A stretch of DNA of 64,000 bases. It comes from Candidatus Woesearchaeota archaeon. Its GTDB lineage: Archaea; Nanobdellota; Nanobdellia; SCGC-AAA011-G17; PNOQ01. The notes below the pieces were generated by a model. That model searched no databases and was not told the origin of the DNA. It saw nothing but the letters and a program-made list of their open reading frames with translations. The position numbers and the translations under genes are program-made. Shown in pieces: positions 57,621 to 64,000 of this stretch; position 1 is the first letter of the stretch; the number at the start of each line of letters is the position of its first letter. The stretch is from assembly GCA_964344655.1 (NCBI GenBank), contig CAYFOF010000001.1:3907-67906 (forward strand), in the 5' to 3' direction.

Positions 57621-57881
57621 TTACATTAATCCTAATTTTGTAGCAACATCGATTGCTGGTGTTTCTGGAGATAATAAGATGTAAGCTTTTTTCCTATTAT
57701 CTGGTGTGTTTAATGTGGAAACTTTCAAAACTTTAACAGAGAATAATTCTTCTACTGCTTTTTTTATGTCATTTTTTGTAGCTTTTCTATCTACAATAAG
57801 CACTAGCTTATTCTCTACTTCCATCATTCTAACAGCTTTTTCAGTTGCTAGCGGATGTTTTATTGTTTTGTACGCTTCCAT
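57621..57881 (-). CDS. rpl23: ribosomal protein uL23
   Basis: [23 protein letters not shown]. Confidence 0.8.
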   Translation of the reverse strand: MEAYKTIKHPLATEKAVRMMEVENKLVLIVDRKATKNDIKKAVEELFSVKVLKVSTLNTPDNRKKAYILLSPETPAIDVATKLGLM

Positions 57882-58692
57882 TTTTTGAATAAAATAAATT
57901 TTCTTTTTCTAATCTTTGTATTGAATTTAAAGACCAGATAACTAATCTTCCAGGTACTGCTCCCGGTGCTAGAACTTCTGCATTTAATGAAGAAACTTCT
58001 GCTACTTCAAATCCTGGCATATTTCTTCCGGCTTTGTATGCTTTGGAGTTATTATTAGCAACAACAACTAAAGGTCCTTTTACTTTTCTGTATTTTCTTC
58101 CTCTCATTGTACCTTTTCCAGCTCTGATTTTTTTATTATCTGCTCTTTCTAATTCGGATGTTAAATTTAATTTTTCTAATAATGCTTTGATTTCTTTTGT
58201 TTTATTTATATCTTCTAATTTCTCGACGATTAAAGGTAAATTTTCAGTTGATTTTATTCCTTTATTTTCTAAATATTCTTTTTCAATTGTTGCTGCAATT
58301 GCAGAACGAATTGCTTTTTGTCTTTCTTTTTTGTTTAATGATTTTGCGAATATTTTTTCTCCCTTTGGAGGATGAGCTCTTCTTCCACCCATCGTACCAG
58401 AAACGATTGCTCCAGTGTAAATGAATTGTGTTCCTCTTCTTAACATAACTTTTCTAGGAATTCTAGACATACTTCTACCGTAACCACCACGGTATGCTTT
58501 TCTTCTTCTTGAAAGTTTTGCAGAATATTCTAAGCCTGCTCGGGGATCTGTTCCGTATTGTTGTCTTTTTCTTGATTGAATAACTAATACAGCCTGTTTT
58601 ATCAAATCAGGTCTTACTTCTTCAGAGAACTGTTTAGGTAATTCTACTTCTTTTCCTTTTGTTCCTGTTATTGTGTATGTAGTAGCTTTCAT
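57841..58692 (-). CDS. rpl4: ribosomal protein uL4 (annotated start may be too far upstream; overlaps uL23 by 41 nt)
   Basis: uL4 pattern; operon order L3-L4-L23-L2. Confidence 0.8.
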   Translation of the reverse strand: MKATTYTITGTKGKEVELPKQFSEEVRPDLIKQAVLVIQSRKRQQYGTDPRAGLEYSAKLSRRRKAYRGGYGRSMSRIPRKVMLRRGTQFIYTGAIVSGTMGGRRAHPPKGEKIFAKSLNKKERQKAIRSAIAATIEKEYLENKGIKSTENLPLIVEKLEDINKTKEIKALLEKLNLTSELERADNKKIRAGKGTMRGRKYRKVKGPLVVVANNNSKAYKAGRNMPGFEVAEVSSLNAEVLAPGAVPGRLVIWSLNSIQRLEKENLFYSKNGSVQNNKTSASN

Positions 58693-59633
58693 TGTTTAGA
58701 CTCTGTACTTATTGTTTTTATGTCGAGAGGTTTTTCTGATTTTTTATCTCGAATTGTGTTTGAAAATATTATTAATCTTTTTGCAGGTCCAGCAACTGAG
58801 CCTTTTATTAGAATGTATTTGTTTTTTACAAGGCCGTATTGTTTGATTCCGCCTTTTTGGTTTACTTCTTCTGGGTTTTCTCCAACTTTTAATATTAATT
58901 TATTATATTCTGTTCTTTTATGGAATCCATGTTGACCGTGTTGAGGCACTTTCCAAGAAACTTTTCTAGGAGTGAATGCTCCCAAGTTACCAGCAGATCT
59001 TCTTTTCTTCTCAGATTTATGAGATTTTAATGAAATTCCGAATCTTTTTACTGGACCAGTAAATCCATGGCCTTTTGTTACAGCGTGAATGTCTGTGTAT
59101 TCTCCTGCTGTAAATGTATCTTCTATGTTAATTTCTTTTTCTAATAATGATTTTGCGTATTCTAGATCTCCACCAATTGGTATTTCAAATATTTCTGGTT
59201 TTTTCTTTCCAATACCAGTTAAATTTGGTTGAGTGTAAACAACTAATTTTAAGAAGTCATATTCTTTTGGAATTTCTTCTTTTGTTTTTTTAGGAATAGA
59301 TATTTTTTTTGATAATTCTTTGTTAAGGTTTTTTGAGAAAATTTGTGTGATTGCTTTTGAACCATAAGCTGTGTTTTTATAGAATCGTAAAGAAAGAGGT
59401 TTTAGTGGTGGGCACTCGATAATCGTCACGGGAGTTGTTGTGATAATCTCAGTGCCTTTCTTCCCTGGTTTAGAATCTTGAATGTGAGTCATTCCAACTT
59501 TATAACCAGCGAAAGCTAATGGTTTATTATTAGTATTATTTATCCAGGATTTAATATTGGCATAAATTCTTTGAGCCCTCACTCTAGGCCAAAACTGCAA
59601 ACTTCCTGATCGTGGTTGGTGTCTCTTCGCCAT
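58689..59633 (-). CDS. rpl3: ribosomal protein uL3
   Basis: uL3 pattern, first gene of the large ribosomal operon. Confidence 0.85.
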   Translation of the reverse strand: MAKRHQPRSGSLQFWPRVRAQRIYANIKSWINNTNNKPLAFAGYKVGMTHIQDSKPGKKGTEIITTTPVTIIECPPLKPLSLRFYKNTAYGSKAITQIFSKNLNKELSKKISIPKKTKEEIPKEYDFLKLVVYTQPNLTGIGKKKPEIFEIPIGGDLEYAKSLLEKEINIEDTFTAGEYTDIHAVTKGHGFTGPVKRFGISLKSHKSEKKRRSAGNLGAFTPRKVSWKVPQHGQHGFHKRTEYNKLILKVGENPEEVNQKGGIKQYGLVKNKYILIKGSVAGPAKRLIIFSNTIRDKKSEKPLDIKTISTESKQ

Positions 59634-59660
59634 GTTTCTTTTTGGGAACTTGTCGTGTTT

Positions 59661-59668
59661 ATAAATCT
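59661..59668 (-). promoter_or_regulatory. TATA box (TTTATAAA) 27 nt upstream of the uL3 start; likely promoter of the large ribosomal operon (leaderless)
   Basis: Archaeal TATA at canonical distance. Confidence 0.35.
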
Positions 59669-59729
59669 TTCTAGAATCAGCGGTCTGATAATCGCGTACA
59701 GTAGGGGATTATAACGGGAGAATTGTTAG

Positions 59730-59737
59730 TTTATAAA
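59730..59737 (+). promoter_or_regulatory. TATA box (TTTATAAA) 23 nt upstream of the GC-rich structured segment starting at 59761
   Basis: Canonical spacing to the putative 5' end GGAAGACC. Confidence 0.3.
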
Positions 59738-59760
59738 TGTTTTTGTTAAGGAAAAATGTA

Positions 59761-59834
59761 GGAAGACCTAGTGTCCTTTCATCATTCAATAGGTGAAACC
59801 ACACCAAAAGTAGAAAGGTTTCCGCGGGCCTTCC
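59761..59834 (+). ncRNA. candidate small structured RNA (~74 nt, GC-rich island with nested stems)
   Basis: Terminal stem GGAAGACC/GGCCTTCC, internal stem CCTTTC/GAAAGG, hairpin GGTG-AAACCA-CACC; no ORF; TATA box upstream. Confidence 0.3.
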
Positions 59835-59865
59835 AGTAAAATCATAAAAACTTAGACTTTAAAAA

Positions 59866-60090
59866 TTATTCGTGTTTTCCAGCTAGCCAGTTAAAGAATT
59901 CTATTCCTACTAAAATTAAGACTAACCAAATAAATGAATTAAGTAATAATCTTAGAAATAATAATGCACTTAATAATAAGAGTAAGAATATCCAGCTTTT
60001 TTTGAAGATATTTGGCCAAGTAAACTTGTTTTTCTTAGATATTTCAGATAACATCCAATCTAAGTAGTTTTTTATTGCAAATTTAGACAT
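59866..60090 (-). CDS. small membrane protein
   Basis: 74-aa ORF with two hydrophobic helices. Confidence 0.35.
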   Translation of the reverse strand: MSKFAIKNYLDWMLSEISKKNKFTWPNIFKKSWIFLLLLLSALLFLRLLLNSFIWLVLILVGIEFFNWLAGKHE

Positions 60091-60206
60091 ATTATTACTT
60101 TAGAAAGTGAAGAATATAAGTTTTACTGTGAAAAATTGCCATAAATATATACTGAATTGTATATATCGAAAGCTTTATATACTCTATACTACTGTTAGGT
60201 AGTACA

Positions 60207-61646
60207 ATGAAACAAACAAAATTCACTAAAATTATAGCATTATTTGCAATTTTCTTAATCTTATTAAATTCAGTTTCTGCGTTAAAGATAGAAACAAGTC
60301 AACCAAATGACGCAAAACAAGGAAATAATGTTTATTTTGACGTAGGAATTGCATTATCAAGAGAAGAGATGATACAATTGACAAATGAAGATATTTTTAT
60401 TAGACATACTAAATTAACTATTACAGGTCCAAATGGATTTGATAAAACATGTTTAATAAAAGAAGGACACTTAATAGATTGTGATTTAGATCTTGAAGTA
60501 AAAGAAATTAGATCACCAACTACTGGTTCTCAAGAGAGTAATGATATTATTTATCAATTTTCTTGGAATACTCCAAATGGCATTGCAACAGGAACATATA
60601 ATGTAAACTTAGAATTATATTTAGCAGAAGCAATTGATGCTCAATATTCTTACTGTGATATGTTAGTTGGAAGATACCAAGCATTAGTAAATTTCGATTC
60701 TACTACACTATTTGATTCAGATTTAGATTTGAATGAAGATGGTTTAATTAATTTAGAAGATTTAGTTGTTTTCCAAGACAATCCATTGTATAGACAAGAT
60801 GGAGAATTATTTGGAAGATTTGAAGGATATTTTATGTTGATTAAAGAATACAATTCATATAATCCATTATTGGATTTAAATGGTGATGGAATAATTAACT
60901 TATCTGACATAGTATTGCTAGCTCAAGAATTAGAAAATAAGAAACTAGATTTGAATGGCGATGGTGTTGAAGATCTTTCAGATATTATATTACTTTCACA
61001 ACATTTCAAAGAAGGTAACTTAGAGTTAGATTGGAATGAGGATGGTATTGTAGACCTTAGTGATGTTGTATTGGTTGTTCAGTACGTTGAAAGTGGAAAT
61101 TTAGAATTTGATTTGAATCAAGATGGAGTTTTTGATTTAAGTGATGTTATAATTATTTCACAAAGTTTGAATCCTAATTTTACAACTGAATATGAAAAGT
61201 CATTAGATTTAACTGGAGATGAGATTTTAAATCTTTCAGATCTTGCTGTATTGGCTCAAAATATTCAAGGTTCATTTGAACCAGAAGATTTGAATGGTGA
61301 TGGCGTAATTGATTTAACAGAAACTATCATTGCTGCAGGAAATGCTAAGAATGAAGAATGGTGTGCAATGCAGTTAGAAAAGATAGATGGTCGTGTTGAA
61401 TTATTTAACGCAGATGAAAAATCTTTTGAAATAACTAAAAGATCTACAGGCGGAAATTCTGGTGGAAACAGCAGAAATTATGAAGATGAATTTGTAGATT
61501 ATGATTCAGGTGAAGAGTATGAAGGAACTTATACCCCAGAAAATGAATCAGGTTATAAAATGAATAGCATATGGATGTTAATCTTCTATGTACTTGCAAT
61601 AATTGTTGCAATATTCATTATAGTTAAAGTTGTAAAAAAACTTTAA
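60207..61646 (+). CDS. secreted protein with seven tandem dockerin-like (EF-hand Ca-binding) repeats and a C-terminal TM plus basic tail
   Basis: Signal peptide; repeats DLNEDGLINLEDL, DLNGDGIINLSDIVLLAQ, DLNGDGVEDLSDIILLSQ, DWNEDGIVDLSDVVLVVQ, DLNQDGVFDLSDVIIISQ, DLTGDEILNLSDLAVLAQ, DLNGDGVIDLTETIIAA; C-terminus MLIFYVLAIIVAIFIIVKVVKKL. Confidence 0.6.
   Translation: MKQTKFTKIIALFAIFLILLNSVSALKIETSQPNDAKQGNNVYFDVGIALSREEMIQLTNEDIFIRHTKLTITGPNGFDKTCLIKEGHLIDCDLDLEVKEIRSPTTGSQESNDIIYQFSWNTPNGIATGTYNVNLELYLAEAIDAQYSYCDMLVGRYQALVNFDSTTLFDSDLDLNEDGLINLEDLVVFQDNPLYRQDGELFGRFEGYFMLIKEYNSYNPLLDLNGDGIINLSDIVLLAQELENKKLDLNGDGVEDLSDIILLSQHFKEGNLELDWNEDGIVDLSDVVLVVQYVESGNLEFDLNQDGVFDLSDVIIISQSLNPNFTTEYEKSLDLTGDEILNLSDLAVLAQNIQGSFEPEDLNGDGVIDLTETIIAAGNAKNEEWCAMQLEKIDGRVELFNADEKSFEITKRSTGGNSGGNSRNYEDEFVDYDSGEEYEGTYTPENESGYKMNSIWMLIFYVLAIIVAIFIIVKVVKKL
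60717..61337 (+). repeat. coding tandem repeat array of about 81 nt units (seven dockerin-like modules)
   Basis: Repeated gat-ttr-aat-gRn-gat-ggn DNA units visible from about 60720 to 61330. Confidence 0.5.
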
Positions 61647-61657
61647 TTTTTTTCTTT

Positions 61658-61966
61658 TTAACATATTACTTGCATAGGGAAGGATTCTGTAAAGTCACAA
61701 TCGAATGAGCTACATCTTTGACAAGGATCTCCGTAAAAACATATTGGTTCTGATTCATCTTCAAATTTGTAACAATTAGATTCTTCAGGACAATTATTTG
61801 TATAATCGCAAGTTAATATTTCTGGACATTGTTTAAACTCACAATTATTGTTGTGGTCTCTTGCAACGTAACTTCCATCGGGACACATTTTAGCGTCTTC
61901 AGTGCAAGCAATTGGGACAGTACAAGAAGAAATTAAAATTGTTAATAGAATTAGTAATAATTTCAT
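61658..61966 (-). CDS. small secreted Cys-rich protein (16 Cys in 102 aa), possible lipoprotein
   Basis: Signal peptide ending LISSC; dense CxxC/CP spacing. Confidence 0.45.
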   Translation of the reverse strand: MKLLLILLTILISSCTVPIACTEDAKMCPDGSYVARDHNNNCEFKQCPEILTCDYTNNCPEESNCYKFEDESEPICFYGDPCQRCSSFDCDFTESFPMQVIC

Positions 61967-62487
61967 TTTTCTATTTTTTTATAACCAATCCACATTATTA
62001 TGATTAACTCTATTAATATTACCAAAGCTCTCCATAATTTACTTAGATCTGGAAATGCACGTATTGTTGCATAGAATAAAACAATTAATCCTGCAAACAT
62101 TAATCCGGCACCCATATAATCAGTTTTGAAATATAATCCTAAAATAACTAACAGTAATCCAATTGGAGCTAAAATGAAAAATAAGTTTCTATTGTATTTT
62201 TCTTCTGCCTCATTATGCTCTTTACTACAATAATCACATTCTTTAAATTCTGCACAGCCTTCGTTATCTAATCCTAATTTTGGATTTCCTCCATCTTCTA
62301 GACAAGCTTCATATCCTGGACCGTAATTAAAATCACATCCTTCTGCAGACTTTGGAGGGAAAGAAATTTCTCTTCCACAGTAATCTTCGTAGTTTGGGGA
62401 AGAATAAAGTGCGTCAACAAATAGACCTACAAATAAAGGAAGTAGTATTGTTATCCCTAAAATCATTGCTAATTTCTTTGGATCCAT
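61963..62487 (-). CDS. membrane protein with Cys-rich extracytoplasmic loop
   Basis: N-terminal TM, 7-Cys ectodomain, three C-terminal TM helices; 4-nt overlap with the downstream Cys-rich gene. Confidence 0.45.
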   Translation of the reverse strand: MDPKKLAMILGITILLPLFVGLFVDALYSSPNYEDYCGREISFPPKSAEGCDFNYGPGYEACLEDGGNPKLGLDNEGCAEFKECDYCSKEHNEAEEKYNRNLFFILAPIGLLLVILGLYFKTDYMGAGLMFAGLIVLFYATIRAFPDLSKLWRALVILIELIIIMWIGYKKIEK

Positions 62488-62527
62488 AATTGAATATTAT
62501 TCTGTTTATTTATAAAATTTGGGGTGT

Positions 62528-62542
62528 GGCCCCAAAGGGGCC
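62528..62542. terminator. perfect GC palindrome GGCCCCAAAGGGGCC (6-bp stem hairpin) between two minus-strand genes
   Basis: Inverted repeat seen directly; lies 3' of gene 62623..62922. Confidence 0.25.
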
Positions 62543-62622
62543 TAAAAATATTATACAGAGGTATTAATTTATTGCATATATTTGTTTATAAATAAAGTGA
62601 AAAAAAGATATAGAAGTTAGTT

Positions 62623-62922
62623 CTATAAATTTAATTGTATTGTGTAGCTTTCTGGTAAGAACTTTGCTACAAATTCCTCTGCGTTTGCTTTTGCTTGTTC
62701 TAATAATTCAGAGGTAATATCTGTTATTGTTTCTGTAACCAAGTAAGTGATATCTCCCACTGGTCTAGTCTCTTCTCTAACCTTTTCCCTTTCTATTGGG
62801 TGAATTCCTACGTATGCTTTTTTAAATTTTAATGTGTATTCTAATGTCATAAATTTAGGAATAGATATTTGATTTATAATTCTTATGTTATTTCTTTCTA
62901 AATGATTTTGAAATGGATTCAT
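62623..62922 (-). CDS. hypothetical protein
   Basis: ORF overlapping the upstream ATPase gene by 35 nt. Confidence 0.3.
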   Translation of the reverse strand: MNPFQNHLERNNIRIINQISIPKFMTLEYTLKFKKAYVGIHPIEREKVREETRPVGDITYLVTETITDITSELLEQAKANAEEFVAKFLPESYTIQLNL

Positions 62923-63601
62923 TCCAGAATTCTGGCAGTCCAGATTTTATTAGTCCTTCAAATTCATCAGAAATTACGTAGAAATGCTCTTTTTTGTTTT
63001 CAATTGTAGAAAAAGAATCTCCAACTTTGTTAAACATATCCTGTAGTGCTTTTCTTTCGAATCTTGTTTGTAATAAAGAAGGTTCTTTGAATAGTAAAAT
63101 ATCACAAAGTCTTAGTACATTTAAATCTAGCATTGCAGAGTTTTGAGTTATGAATATTAATGAAAGGTTTTTGTGTCGGGCTATTGCTAATAATTCAGCT
63201 AAATCTTTGTTTGATTGTTTCATAGAAGATCTTGAAGAGAATGAAATTCCGGCTTCATCTATTAAGACTAAAGAATTGTTTGGGATTTCAGAAATATCAT
63301 CTACGTTTTGTACCCAGTAAGGTATTTTTGAATTATTAAATCCTATGACAAAAATATTTTTATTTAGTATTGCAGCAGTTTCAACTAGTTTCATTCCTAG
63401 TGCGGTTTTTCCTGCACCTCTTCTTCCGATTATTAGCATTATTAGAGAATGATTTTTGAATTGTGTAATGAAATCTTCAAAATTTCCATTTTTTATTTGA
63501 CTTACTTCAAAATTAGATAAGGCAGAATTAAATCTATCTTTTTCGGTTATTCTTTGTTTTTCCTCTTTTTGTTTTTTATATTTTTTAAATATATTCAACA
63601 T
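62888..63601 (-). CDS. P-loop NTPase (RecA/KaiC-like or Zot-like single-domain ATPase)
   Basis: Walker A IIGRRGAGKT, Walker B LVLIDEAG. Confidence 0.5.
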   Translation of the reverse strand: MLNIFKKYKKQKEEKQRITEKDRFNSALSNFEVSQIKNGNFEDFITQFKNHSLIMLIIGRRGAGKTALGMKLVETAAILNKNIFVIGFNNSKIPYWVQNVDDISEIPNNSLVLIDEAGISFSSRSSMKQSNKDLAELLAIARHKNLSLIFITQNSAMLDLNVLRLCDILLFKEPSLLQTRFERKALQDMFNKVGDSFSTIENKKEHFYVISDEFEGLIKSGLPEFWNESISKSFRKK

Positions 63602-63643
63602 TAGAGTAATTATAAAAAAGAAATATAAAAGTATTTTGTAGTT

Positions 63644-63967
63644 CTATAACTCTATTTTCTTCGCATAGTCTCCAAGTACTGGTATGAATTTCTTTTCACC
63701 AGATAGAGCGTATGTCCAGTTGTATATCCAGGCAACAAATACTAATACTCTCAGACCTAAAGCAATTATCCATCCAAGTACTGGAATCCATCCAACAATT
63801 GCTAGTACTGCTGAAACAATAACTGCGAATATGAATACAACTAAAGTTTGTTTTGCATAGTGCATTACATATTTATCTTTCTTCCACGCTAAAAGTGCAA
63901 TTATAAATCCAATTATACTGAAGAAAGCAGTTATGAAAGCATTTGTTTTTGATTGTTTCTTAACCAT
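63644..63967 (-). CDS. small membrane protein (DUF4870-like, 2-3 TM)
   Basis: Hydrophobic helices, W-rich pattern. Confidence 0.4.
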   Translation of the reverse strand: MVKKQSKTNAFITAFFSIIGFIIALLAWKKDKYVMHYAKQTLVVFIFAVIVSAVLAIVGWIPVLGWIIALGLRVLVFVAWIYNWTYALSGEKKFIPVLGDYAKKIEL

Positions 63968-64000
63968 GATTAGAATTTATTTTGTTTTTATTTAAATCTT

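Noticed and set aside
59761-59834. tRNA or tRNA-like fold for the GC-rich island
   Set aside because: Manual folding gives no D-arm/T-arm (no GTTCRANYC T-loop), and the acceptor pairing is imperfect. It is kept only as a generic structured-RNA candidate.
1-64000. CRISPR arrays or other regularly spaced direct DNA repeats
   Set aside because: No run of 24-40 bp repeats with unique spacers was seen. The only tandem DNA repeats are coding (dockerin modules 60717..61337, lysine-rich gene 38183..38539, K/E tails).

Overview
AT-rich, gene-dense segment of an archaeal chromosome, probably a small-genome (DPANN-like) lineage. It carries archaeal/eukaryal-type ribosomal proteins (L19e, L32e, S4e, L14e, L34e, L37ae, L40e, S17e) and Orc1/Cdc6, PriS, RpoP, Spt5, aIF5A, Alba, Rpp29, SUI1 and archease-RtcB, alongside FtsZ plus SepF. 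Main blocks: AlaRS, an RNase J-like gene and a bacterial-type LeuRS (0.3-6.1 kb). Two tRNAs (Arg-TCT, Cys-GCA). A FtsX/MacB-like ABC exporter operon with a CE4-like deacetylase and a CARDB surface protein (6.7-11.8 kb). An acidic CARDB surface protein divergent from a minimal exosortase/archaeosortase-like gene (12.6-14.9 kb). L12-L10-L1 (17.2-19.3 kb). An orc1/cdc6 island flanked by two outward-facing promoters that share an identical 19-bp GC-rich operator-like element (21.0 and 23.6 kb). S2P protease, eL40, aIF5A, FKBP and FtsZ (25-30 kb). secE-spt5-L11, tRNA-Pro, L37ae-rpoP-prefoldin beta-SepF-ZPR1-Dph2 (30-34.5 kb). GlyRS, ArsR, TrxB/Trx, a lysine-rich H1-like protein, archease-RtcB, tRNA-Ala, tRNA-Met (CAT), a Kef-type antiporter, Alba, S17e and PriS (35-45 kb). 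The large ribosomal cluster L3 through L15-SecY plus the DUF106 insertase and L34e/L14e (45.1-59.6 kb). A terminal block with a candidate ncRNA, a protein with seven tandem dockerin-like repeats, Cys-rich membrane proteins and a P-loop ATPase. No CRISPR array, rRNA gene, transposase or integrase was recognised. The most interesting candidates are the sortase-like/surface-protein pair, the shared operator at the cdc6 island, the multi-dockerin protein, several truncated or split core enzymes, and a K/E-rich extension motif recurring on ribosomal proteins.
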